A stretch of 32,000 nt of DNA from Tannockella kyphosi (GTDB lineage Bacteria > Bacillota_I > Bacilli_A > Erysipelotrichales > Coprobacillaceae), in the NCBI RefSeq assembly GCF_021054785.1, contig NZ_CP088239.1, positions 2,130,001-2,162,000 of the forward strand, read 5' to 3'. The notes beneath the pieces were generated by a model. That model was not told the DNA's origin and made no database searches. It saw only the letters and a program-made list of their open reading frames with translations. Of the stretch, positions 18,731-27,285 are shown one piece after another. The stretch's first letter is position 1; the number at the start of each line of letters is the position of its first letter. The position numbers and the translations under genes are program-made.

Positions 18731-21216
18731 AGTTAATAGATAAGTTAGTTAAAAAGAACTTAGTTTTAAATAAACAGAGATCAATTGCTACTATTGTAGG
18801 AATTATTCTATGTTGTGCACTTATCAGTGCACTAATGACATTAGTTACTTCTTTACAAACAACACTGGTGGAGGATTCACTCATAAATTATGGAAATAGA
18901 CATGTTACTCTTTATAATATTGATAGTGATTTAATCGATGAATTAGAAAATAACAAGTATGTAGAATCACTTTATACGACAAGTGAGAGTCTTATGAAAG
19001 ATAGTAATGGGACTTATGCAGGATTGATAAGTATTGATACCAATGGAATAAATGATTTAGATAACTTATTACAACTTGGTCGTGTTCCAGAAAATGAAGA
19101 GGAGATAGTAGTAGATTCTATTTATTATGAGGAGAATGATTTAAATATAGGGGATATCATTGTTTTAGAGCAAGGACAAAGATATTCTACTGATGGTTAT
19201 TTATTAAATGGATTCAATCTATTTAGTGAAGATGATGTTTTTGAAGTTAGTACAAGCAATAGTTATACACTAGTAGGGGTTAGTAATTATATCACTTTTT
19301 TAAGTAATAATAATTATGGGCATAACTTTTATACGTGCACTGCAAATGTTAGTGAATCAATCAATGCCTTTATTTTATATACTGATCCTAGTGAGTGTAT
19401 AACCATTACAAGCTTACTTTTAGAAATTAGTGGAGCATCAGGGCATGAATATAACAGTGAATTTTTACGTTGGAGTGGTTATAGTTTGGGTGGAGATACT
19501 TTAGAAGCACTCTATTTATTAGCAGCGATAGTTTCTGCTATTATTGTTATTACATCTGTATTTTGTATACGTAATTCTTTTGCTATATCAAGTAGTGAAA
19601 AGACAAGGTTATTTGGGATGTTGGCTAGTATTGGTGCTACTCCAAAACAGATTAAAAGTGCAGTTTTGAAAGAAGGGTTTTATTTAGGTGTGATAGGGAT
19701 ACCAATTGGTATTGTAAGTGGAACACTTGCAAGCTATATTTTAGTAATTGTCGTTAATTATTTCTTTAGTGATATCATGTCTGATTTTGTTTTTCTTTAT
19801 CATTTTTCTTGGATAGGGATTTTTATTAGCGTTATTTTATCAAGTGTTACTATTTATCTTTCGGCGATAGGTAGTGCTAGAAAAGCAAGTAAGATTACAG
19901 AAATAGAAGCGATTAAACAACTTGATAGTATTCAAAAGACAAAGAAACAAATCAAAACACCTAAAATAATTAAGAAAGTATTTGGAATAAGTGGTGTATT
20001 TGCTTATAAAAATATGTTAAGAAATAAAAGTAAGTTTCGTACTACAATTATCTCTTTAGTAGTTAGTATTTCTACTTTTTTATCGTTATCTTATTTTATT
20101 CATGTTGGGTTTTTAATTGTGGATGATATGTATGGAACAGCTAGCTATAACTTGATGATTCAAATAACAGATGATGATGTTACGAAAACAGAAATAGAAG
20201 AAGTATATGAAAAGGTTATCAATAATAAAGAAGTAGAAGAAAGTATTTTGCATCATTATATATATGTGTATGGAAGTAAGGATACATTAGTGGAGGATTC
20301 TAGTTTTTACCAGGAGTATAGTTATTATAATATGATGTTATTATCATTAGATGATGATAGCTATCAAGCACTACTTGATGAACAAGGATTAGAAGAAGTA
20401 ATAGATACAGGAATCGTGGTTTATAATCAGTCAATAACCTATGATGAAGAACTTGAAAAAGTGGTTGAGTCAGAGATTTTAAGGAATGATTTACAAACAT
20501 TTGAATTGTATGATTATGAAGGAGAATTACTAGTAGATTTGGATATCTTATTTGCATTAGATTGTGAATTTATGGGGTGCGATAATTTTTATTCTGGGAC
20601 ACCTATTATTGTAGTAAGTGAATCAATGTATGATTCACTGCCTGATCAAGATAAGTATAGTATAATTTATCTTTCTTCTAATGATTCTGTTGCAGTTAAT
20701 AGTGAAATGGAAGAATATCTAGATTTAGAGAATATTAGTTTTTATAGCAATAACTTAGCAGAAGAACAAATGATTCAAAATAATGTTATTATCTTGATGT
20801 CTATATTTTTATATGGATTTATATGTGTTATTATTTTAATAGGAGTCACTAGTATCTTTAATACCATTACGACTAATATGAAGTTACGTAGTAAAGAGTT
20901 TGCTATACTACAATCTATTGGTATGAAGGATAATGAACTTAGAAGTATGATTCGTATGGAAAGTATTTTCTATGGAATGAAATCTTTATTTTGGGGAGGA
21001 ATATTAGGAACTTGTTTCTCTTATCTTATTTATCGTGCCTATACGTATGAAGATACAGTAAATAGAGTTGTTTTAAGTAGTTTTAAGATGCCAATAGGAT
21101 CGATTATTATTACTGTTGTATCTGTATTTGTTATTATTTATATTATTATGAGTTATTCATTGTTGAAGATGAAACAACAAAATATAATTGAAACTATTAA
21201 GAATGAAAACATTTAA
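18727..21216 (+). CDS. ABC transporter permease with two FtsX-type membrane modules and two large extracytoplasmic domains
   Basis: 829 aa. Layout by hydrophobicity: TM (about residues 19-42), soluble region of about 210 aa, three TM segments (about 255-390), TM (about 440-465), soluble region of about 220 aa, then three C-terminal TM segments. This is the pattern of duplicated MacB/FtsX permeases. Confidence 0.85.
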   Translation: MKLIDKLVKKNLVLNKQRSIATIVGIILCCALISALMTLVTSLQTTLVEDSLINYGNRHVTLYNIDSDLIDELENNKYVESLYTTSESLMKDSNGTYAGLISIDTNGINDLDNLLQLGRVPENEEEIVVDSIYYEENDLNIGDIIVLEQGQRYSTDGYLLNGFNLFSEDDVFEVSTSNSYTLVGVSNYITFLSNNNYGHNFYTCTANVSESINAFILYTDPSECITITSLLLEISGASGHEYNSEFLRWSGYSLGGDTLEALYLLAAIVSAIIVITSVFCIRNSFAISSSEKTRLFGMLASIGATPKQIKSAVLKEGFYLGVIGIPIGIVSGTLASYILVIVVNYFFSDIMSDFVFLYHFSWIGIFISVILSSVTIYLSAIGSARKASKITEIEAIKQLDSIQKTKKQIKTPKIIKKVFGISGVFAYKNMLRNKSKFRTTIISLVVSISTFLSLSYFIHVGFLIVDDMYGTASYNLMIQITDDDVTKTEIEEVYEKVINNKEVEESILHHYIYVYGSKDTLVEDSSFYQEYSYYNMMLLSLDDDSYQALLDEQGLEEVIDTGIVVYNQSITYDEELEKVVESEILRNDLQTFELYDYEGELLVDLDILFALDCEFMGCDNFYSGTPIIVVSESMYDSLPDQDKYSIIYLSSNDSVAVNSEMEEYLDLENISFYSNNLAEEQMIQNNVIILMSIFLYGFICVIILIGVTSIFNTITTNMKLRSKEFAILQSIGMKDNELRSMIRMESIFYGMKSLFWGGILGTCFSYLIYRAYTYEDTVNRVVLSSFKMPIGSIIITVVSVFVIIYIIMSYSLLKMKQQNIIETIKNENI

Positions 21217-21318
21217 AAACAGGAATAAGATAAAATATTGTAATGCAATTATTTTATGAAGAAGATATTTTAGGAAATAGAAGTGATGAAATTATAGGAC
21301 ATTATCTAAGGAGAGTAT

Positions 21319-21951
21319 ATGAAAAGAATATTGTTAGTAGAAGATGACAAAGAAATAGTAGATGTTTTACAATATATTTTAGAAAAAGAATATGTTGTAG
21401 ATATAGCATTTAATAAGCAACAAGCATTAATGCTTATTAACAAGAATCATGATCTAACAATATTAGATATCACTTTACCAGATGGCAATAGTTTAGAATT
21501 TAGTCATCTAATTAATAATCCTATTATTTATTTAACAGCCAAAGATGATGAAGAAACTATCTTACAAGGACTAACTTTAGGTGAAGAATATATTATCAAA
21601 CCCTTTAAAAAGAATGAATTATTATTACGTATAGAAAAAGTATTAAAAAGGACAACAACAAATATGTTCCAATATAAAGATATTCTAATTGATAGTAATG
21701 CTATGAAAGTATATGTAGATAATAAAGAAATAAGTTTTACTTTATTAGATTATAAAATAGTAGAATTACTCTTTATTCATGCTGGTAAAACAATATCAAG
21801 AGATTCACTAGCAACACTTATTTATAACAATACAAGTAACTTTGTAGAAGATAATACAATTAATGTCTATATCAAAAGAGTAAGAGATAAATTAAATAGG
21901 GACTATATTAAAACAATCAAAAGAGTAGGTTACTTAGTTGAAAAAGAATAG
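21319..21951 (+). CDS. OmpR/PhoB-family response regulator
   Basis: 210 aa. Receiver residues (VEDD, phospho-acceptor in LTILDITLPDG, YLTAK, IIKPF). C-terminal winged-helix (VYIKRVRDKL ... IKTIKRVGY). Confidence 0.9.
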   Translation: MKRILLVEDDKEIVDVLQYILEKEYVVDIAFNKQQALMLINKNHDLTILDITLPDGNSLEFSHLINNPIIYLTAKDDEETILQGLTLGEEYIIKPFKKNELLLRIEKVLKRTTTNMFQYKDILIDSNAMKVYVDNKEISFTLLDYKIVELLFIHAGKTISRDSLATLIYNNTSNFVEDNTINVYIKRVRDKLNRDYIKTIKRVGYLVEKE

Positions 21952-23113
21952 TATTCTAGTCTTACTCTTACTTATTGTTGTTTCCCTAACAACAATAATG
22001 AATTATGCAATCTATAATCATTATTATAATCAAAAAGTATTAACTATCTTAAGTCAAGTAGTAGAAAATAATGAAGAGATAGAAGCAATTGATATTGCTT
22101 CTATCTTAAAGGATACTGGTAGTAGTGAAAATGTATTAGAGGAATATGGTTATAGTTATGATGATTTTTATTTAACAGAAGAAATCGAACAACAATTATA
22201 TAAAGTAATTATTCTTAATGTTTCTATCTTTTGTTCTTTAGCTATCTTATGTTTACTACAAATAAGAAAAAAAGAAAAGAAAAAGGAAAAAGAGATAACA
22301 GAATTAATAACCTATTTAAATGTAATTAATAGTGGAGATTATAGTATTCAATTAGAGAAGTATACAGAAAGTGAATATTCAAAACTTAGAAGTACGATAT
22401 ATAAAACAACTGTCTTATTAAAAGAATACGCTGATTTTTTAAATAATGATCGTACTAAATTAAAGGATAATTTAGCAGATATTTCTCATCAATTAAAGAC
22501 TCCTTTAACTTCTACTAGTTTAATGTTAGAAACTATTTTAGAAGATGATGATTTACCAGTAGAAAAAAGAGAAGAGTTTATGCAAAAGATCTATCTAAAT
22601 AATGAAAAGATAGATTATCTAGTAGAAATTCTTTTAAAGCTTTCTAAGTTAGATGCAAGTGTTATTGCTTTTCATAAAGAAGAGGTAGTAATTGAATCTA
22701 TACTTTCTACTGTTAAAAATACAGTAGAAACATTATTACAAAATAAAAACATTACAATACAAATTAAAGATTGTTCGAATGTTATTATTTCTTGTGATAG
22801 AAAATGGCAAGAAGAAGCTATTACTAATATTATTAAGAATAGTATTGAATATTCTTATCAAGATGGATTTATTGATGTAGAGGTAGAAGAAAATAACTTT
22901 TATGTGCTTTTAACAATAACTGATTATGGTTGTGGTATTAAAAAAGAAGAATTAAATAAAATATTTGATCGTTTTCATAAGGCAGAAAACTCTTCAGGAT
23001 TTGGTATAGGGCTTAATCTAGCAAAAACTATTATTGAAAAAGATAATGGAGTAGTTAGTGTGGATTCTAAAGAAGGAGAATATACTACATTTACAATTAA
23101 ATATATAAGATAG
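21938..23113 (+). CDS. sensor histidine kinase (HisKA plus HATPase_c, two TM segments)
   Basis: 391 aa. TM segments at about residues 5-25 and 85-108, H-box DISHQLKTPLTS, N-box NIIKNSIEYS, G-boxes DYGCGI and GFGIGLNLAK. Apparent TTG start overlapping the regulator gene by 14 nt, so the start is uncertain. Confidence 0.85.
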   Translation: MKKNSILVLLLLIVVSLTTIMNYAIYNHYYNQKVLTILSQVVENNEEIEAIDIASILKDTGSSENVLEEYGYSYDDFYLTEEIEQQLYKVIILNVSIFCSLAILCLLQIRKKEKKKEKEITELITYLNVINSGDYSIQLEKYTESEYSKLRSTIYKTTVLLKEYADFLNNDRTKLKDNLADISHQLKTPLTSTSLMLETILEDDDLPVEKREEFMQKIYLNNEKIDYLVEILLKLSKLDASVIAFHKEEVVIESILSTVKNTVETLLQNKNITIQIKDCSNVIISCDRKWQEEAITNIIKNSIEYSYQDGFIDVEVEENNFYVLLTITDYGCGIKKEELNKIFDRFHKAENSSGFGIGLNLAKTIIEKDNGVVSVDSKEGEYTTFTIKYIR

Positions 23114-23117
23114 TTAG

Positions 23118-23139
23118 ACGTGTTGAAAAACACGTTTTT
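23118..23139 (+). terminator. rho-independent terminator after the kinase gene
   Basis: Stem acgtgtt / aacacgt, GAAA loop, then tttt. Confidence 0.75.
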
Positions 23140-23215
23140 CTATGTTTTAAAAAATAGAAGTAAATGCAACGATACTAGCGTATATATGAATAGGATATAC
23201 GAAAGGGAAAGATGT

Positions 23216-24011
23216 ATGATAGATAGATTTGTTGCAGAATCATCGGAGTATGAGTTTAAAGTAGCAATAGAAACAAAGAAACCTAGAAGTTGGCTAAAGA
23301 CGGTATGTGGATATGCAAATTGCATAGGTGGAGAATTGTTGTTTGGCGTCGATGATAATAGAAATGTTGTTGGTTTAGAAAACATTCAGGAAGGATCGGA
23401 ATATATAAGTAGAATGATAAAGGATAAGATAGTACCTATCCCGGATTTTTTTCTAACTCCAAAAATATATAAAGGTAATTTTAAAAGCTGTAAATAGTGG
23501 ATATAAACAAGCTACCCCGCAAGCTAGCCCACAAGCTAGCCCACAAGCTGGCCCACAAGCTACCCCACAAGCTACCCCACAAGCTACCCCACAAGCTGGC
23601 CCACAAGCTACCCCACAAGCTACCCCACAAGTTACCCCACAAGCTAGCCCACAAGCTAGCCCACAAGCTGGCCCACAAGCTAGCCCACAAGCTAGCCCAC
23701 AAGCTACCCCACAAGCTAGCCCACAAGCTGGCCCACAAGCTGGCCCACAAGCTAGCCCACAAGCTAGCCCACAAGCTAGCCCACAAGCTACCCCACAAGC
23801 TACTTTGGAATTAAAAAAGATAGAGGTATTAAAGTTTTGTAACAAACCACGTACAAAGAAAGAAATTATGAAGATGTGTTCCTTAGAAGATAGAAACTAT
23901 TTTACAAAGTCGATATTGGTTCCTTTGTTGAATGATAATAAAATTCTAATGACAATGCCAAATAAACCTACAAGTCCGAAACAGAAATATATTACAAACT
24001 ATAACAAATAG
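23216..24011 (+). pseudogene. AlbA_2-domain / winged-helix putative transcriptional regulator, split by a +1 frame change at an A5 run and carrying an internal (PQAx)n repeat
   Basis: Frame 2 (23216-23497) encodes ESSEYEFK ... WLKTVCGYANCIGGELLFGVDDNRNVVGL, which is AlbA_2-like. Frame 0 is open from 23457 to 24011 with no ATG/GTG/TTG before 23805, reads through the repeat as PQAS/PQAT/PQAG, and ends in a wHTH-like tail (...MTMPNKPTSPKQKYI). Removing one A from 23461-23465 fuses both parts into about 264 aa. Confidence 0.6.
23508..23804 (+). repeat. about 24.75 tandem copies of a 12-bp unit caagctNNccca (variants agc, acc, ggc)
   Basis: Counted directly. The units are contiguous. The only change outside the two variable bases is gtt for gct in the unit at 23628. 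The first unit ends ccg. 7 of 12 bases are G or C, against a local background of about 30% GC. Confidence 0.97.
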
Positions 24012-24112
24012 AAAACAACAAGTTTGAGACTTTGATGTGATTTTGTGTTCTGTTTAAAAAAATTAACCCATAGATTTACAAGAGACGACTATTAACTTTT
24101 GTCCTTTATGAC

Positions 24113-24167
24113 AAGTGACAAAATACAAATGAAATTATTTGTACTTTTGTCACTTAGCTTGTATAGT
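24113..24167 (+). promoter_or_regulatory. near-perfect palindrome (candidate operator) overlapping a candidate promoter of the dehydrogenase gene
   Basis: aagtgacaaaatacaaat (24113-24130) and atttgtacttttgtcactt (24137-24155) are reverse complements apart from one extra c. TTGTAC (24139-24144), 17 nt, TATAGT (24162-24167). A further ttgtc-n6-gacaa lies at 24099-24114. Confidence 0.45.
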
Positions 24168-24228
24168 AGTAGTTGTAAAGAGGAACAATAAATGTTCTAG
24201 TAGAAAAAGAAAATAAAGGAGAACGAAT

Positions 24229-25482
24229 ATGAAAACAAAAGCAGTACGTCTTTACGGAGTGGATGATGTAAGATTAGAAGAATTTGAATTACCTGAAATC
24301 AAAGATGATGAAATCTTAGTAAAAGTAGTATCTGATAGTATTTGTATGTCAACATACAAAACAATCAAACAAGGTGCTAACCATAAACGTGTACCTAATG
24401 ATGTATATGATAATCCAATTATCTTAGGACATGAGTTTGCAGGGGATATTGTTAAAGTTGGTAAAAAATGGCAAGATAAATTTAAACCAGGTCAAAAGTT
24501 TGCACAACAACCAGCAATTCCAGGACAAATGGAATCACCAGGTTATTCTTACCAATGGTGTGGTGGAGATGCTACGTATTGTATTTTCCCAAATGACATC
24601 ATTGAAGCAGATTGTTTATGGACTTATGATGGAGATGGTTATTTTGGAGCATCTGTTGCAGAACCAATGTGTTGTGTAATTTCAGGATTCCATGTAGCAT
24701 TCCATACATTGCCAGGATGTTATGATCATGTAATGGGAACAAAAACAGATGGAGATATTATTATCTTAGGTGGATGTGGTCCTATGGGATTAGGTGCTAT
24801 TAGTTATTCATTAACATATGAAAATAAACCAAAACGTGTAGTAGTTACAGATATTTCTGATGAAAGAATTGCTCGTGCTAAAGAAGTTATTTCTGTAGAA
24901 GAAGCAGCAGCACATGGAGTAGAATTAGTTTATGTAAATACTGCAGCTATGGAAGATCAAGAAAAAGGATTAATGGATATTACTGGTGGAAAAGGATATG
25001 ATGATGTATTTGTATATATCCCTAATAAAGCAGTGTGTGAATTAGGAAATGCGATTCTTGCATATGATGGAAATATGAATTTATTTGCAGGGCCTACTGA
25101 TCCTAAATTCTCAGCTAACATGAATTTATATGATAGTCATTATTCAAGAACTAGAATCATCGGAAGTACTGGTGGAACGATTGATGATATGAAAGAAGCG
25201 ATTGATAAAAATGCGAATGGAGTAATCAATACAGCAGTAATGATTACACATATTGGTGGTTTAAATGCAGTAGCTGAAACATCTAGTAATTTACCTACTA
25301 TTCCAGGTGGTAAGAAATTAATTTATAACCACATTGAAATGCCTTTAACAGCAATTGATGATTTTGAAGAATTAGGAAAAACAAATGAATTATTTAAATT
25401 ATTAGCGGATGAAACTAAAAAATCAAAAGGTTTATGGTCTACAGAAGCTGAAAAAATCTTATTAAATTACTATAACGTATAA
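24229..25482 (+). CDS. MDR-superfamily zinc-type dehydrogenase, resembling L-sorbose-1-phosphate reductase (SorE family)
   Basis: 417 aa. N-terminal GroES-like region with SDSICMSTYK and ILGHEFAG, Rossmann ILGGCGPMGLGA, C-terminal GGKKLIY and WSTEAEK as I recall for SorE-type enzymes. AAAGGAG RBS. Confidence 0.65.
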   Translation: MKTKAVRLYGVDDVRLEEFELPEIKDDEILVKVVSDSICMSTYKTIKQGANHKRVPNDVYDNPIILGHEFAGDIVKVGKKWQDKFKPGQKFAQQPAIPGQMESPGYSYQWCGGDATYCIFPNDIIEADCLWTYDGDGYFGASVAEPMCCVISGFHVAFHTLPGCYDHVMGTKTDGDIIILGGCGPMGLGAISYSLTYENKPKRVVVTDISDERIARAKEVISVEEAAAHGVELVYVNTAAMEDQEKGLMDITGGKGYDDVFVYIPNKAVCELGNAILAYDGNMNLFAGPTDPKFSANMNLYDSHYSRTRIIGSTGGTIDDMKEAIDKNANGVINTAVMITHIGGLNAVAETSSNLPTIPGGKKLIYNHIEMPLTAIDDFEELGKTNELFKLLADETKKSKGLWSTEAEKILLNYYNV

Positions 25483-25490
25483 TAAAGACA

Positions 25491-25523
25491 ATAGACTTAT
25501 ATCTTGGATATAAGTCTATTTTT
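25491..25523 (+). terminator. rho-independent terminator after the dehydrogenase gene
   Basis: 12-bp perfect stem atagacttatat / atataagtctat, loop cttgg, then tttt. Confidence 0.85.
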
Positions 25524-25543
25524 AAAAGAGGGGGAGATATACA

Positions 25544-27274
25544 ATGAATCATAAGTATTTTGTGGCATTATCAAAAGAATATCCAACAATACAATCATTA
25601 TGTCATGAGATAATTCATTTAAAAGCTACTATTAACTTACCAAAAGGAACAGAACATTATATATCTGATCTTCATGGAGAATATGATGCTTTTAAACATT
25701 TAATGAATACTTGTTCTGGTGTTATTAAAGAAAAAGCAATTGCTTTATTTGAAACAGAAATGACAAATGAACAAATAGATGATTTATGTACTATTATTTA
25801 TTATCCTTTAAAAAGCTTAAAGAATAGGGATTATAATAATGAAGAGTATCGAACAATTATATTATACTTAATGCGACTAGCAAGATATGTAACCTCTAAA
25901 TATACTCGTACAAGAGTACGAGAGTATTTAGAAGGGGGATATGATGATATTATTGATGAGTTATTACATGCTCAGTTAGATGAGATGGATCAACATTATA
26001 TTTATCATTTACAGATTATTGATACAATTATAGAATTAGAAGAACAAATAGAGTTTATTAAAATATTATCTGATTTAATTAAATATTTTGCAATAGACCA
26101 TTTACATATCTTAGGAGATATTTATGATCGTGGAAGTATGCCAGATAAGATAATGGATGATATTATTAAGTATCAAAGAGTAGATATCCAATGGGGGAAT
26201 CATGATGTTTTATGGATGGGGGCATATTTAGGGCAAGAAGCTTGTATGATTACAGTGGTAAAGAATTGTTTACATTATGATCATATTGATTTATTAGAAA
26301 GAGGGTATGGAATACCCTTACGTAAATTAATGGTAGAAGCAATGAATAAGTGTCCAAACGCTAATGACTTACATGCAATGGAAAAGTATTGTTATCAGTT
26401 GCAAGTGAAACTAGAATCACAGTTAATAGAAAACTATCCAGAATTAAAGATGGATTATCGAGTGGTAGAAAAAGTAAATGCGAAACTTACAAGTCAAGAA
26501 ATTGAATTGTTAGAAGATTTAAAGAGAAGTTTTATGAATTCAAAGAGATTGAAAGAACATATGGAGTTTATGTTTGATCATGGTTCAATGTATTTAAAGA
26601 CAAATCATAATTTATTATTACATGGGTGTATTCCATTAGATGAGTTGGGGAACCTCTATGAACATGCATGTTTTGATAAAAAAGTAAAAGGAAGAGCTTA
26701 TTTTGATTTGGTGAATCAACATATTAAGATAGCTTATCATGAAAAACAAAAGGAATCAGTGGATTACTTATGGTATTTATGGTGTGGTGATAAATCACCA
26801 CTATGTGGTAGAAGAATTGTATTAGATAAACCACAAGTAGAAGTAAAAGATTATTATTATGAATATATTCATCAAGAAGAAGTATGTGAGATGTTATTGA
26901 AAGAGTTTAATTTGCATCGTACCTATAGTTTGATTATTAATGGACATACACCAGTACGTGCAAAAGATGGGCAATCACCTTTATGTGATCATCGAAGATT
27001 AGTGATTATTGATGGGGGATTTTGTGTACAGAATCAAGAAAAGACAGGTGTTGCAGGATATACATTAATTAGTAATAGTCATGGGATGCGTATTAAGACA
27101 CATCATATTCATGAGGGTACTTATGATGAAAAAGATACGGAATATGATTCAGAGATTATTTATACAAGAGAACATCAAGAGATGTTAAAGGATACAAAGC
27201 GTGGGGAATCAGTTCAAGAGAGAATTGATGATTTGATTACTTTATTAGATTTAAAAAGAAGGCATGTCTTATAG
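25544..27274 (+). CDS. fbp: fructose-1,6-bisphosphatase, class 3 (Firmicute type)
   Basis: 576 aa. Metallophosphoesterase-like motifs DLHGEYDAF, ILGDIYDRGS, WGNHD and NGHTPV, typical of class 3 FBPase. Confidence 0.85.
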   Translation: MNHKYFVALSKEYPTIQSLCHEIIHLKATINLPKGTEHYISDLHGEYDAFKHLMNTCSGVIKEKAIALFETEMTNEQIDDLCTIIYYPLKSLKNRDYNNEEYRTIILYLMRLARYVTSKYTRTRVREYLEGGYDDIIDELLHAQLDEMDQHYIYHLQIIDTIIELEEQIEFIKILSDLIKYFAIDHLHILGDIYDRGSMPDKIMDDIIKYQRVDIQWGNHDVLWMGAYLGQEACMITVVKNCLHYDHIDLLERGYGIPLRKLMVEAMNKCPNANDLHAMEKYCYQLQVKLESQLIENYPELKMDYRVVEKVNAKLTSQEIELLEDLKRSFMNSKRLKEHMEFMFDHGSMYLKTNHNLLLHGCIPLDELGNLYEHACFDKKVKGRAYFDLVNQHIKIAYHEKQKESVDYLWYLWCGDKSPLCGRRIVLDKPQVEVKDYYYEYIHQEEVCEMLLKEFNLHRTYSLIINGHTPVRAKDGQSPLCDHRRLVIIDGGFCVQNQEKTGVAGYTLISNSHGMRIKTHHIHEGTYDEKDTEYDSEIIYTREHQEMLKDTKRGESVQERIDDLITLLDLKRRHVL

Positions 27275-27285
27275 GACATGTCTTC
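27258..27285. terminator. hairpin between the convergent fbp and nagB-like genes (possible bidirectional terminator)
   Basis: gaaggcatgtc / gacatgtcttc, 11-bp stem with one G-T pair, loop ttatag. Overlaps the fbp stop codon. Confidence 0.5.

Noticed and set aside
23120-23215. GTG start at 23120 for the AlbA_2 fragment ORF
   Set aside because: The GTG lies inside the stem of the kinase-gene terminator (23118-23139), and the first 32 codons have no similarity to the domain. The ATG at 23216 (or at 23186) is more plausible.
23508-23804. Possible CRISPR array, because of the many short direct repeats
   Set aside because: The 12-bp units are strictly contiguous with no spacers, are far shorter than CRISPR repeats, and no cas genes are nearby. 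This is a coding-frame minisatellite.
23453-23845. Track ORFs through the 12-bp repeat in other frames: minus-strand (ACGx)n of 130 aa and (LWxS)n of 105 aa, and plus-strand (KLAH/KLPH)n of 105 aa
   Set aside because: They are open only because the repeat unit lacks stops in those frames. They start at non-ATG codons with no RBS and have no flanking domain. Only frame 0 continues into a recognisable wHTH. Translation cannot be fully excluded without expression data.
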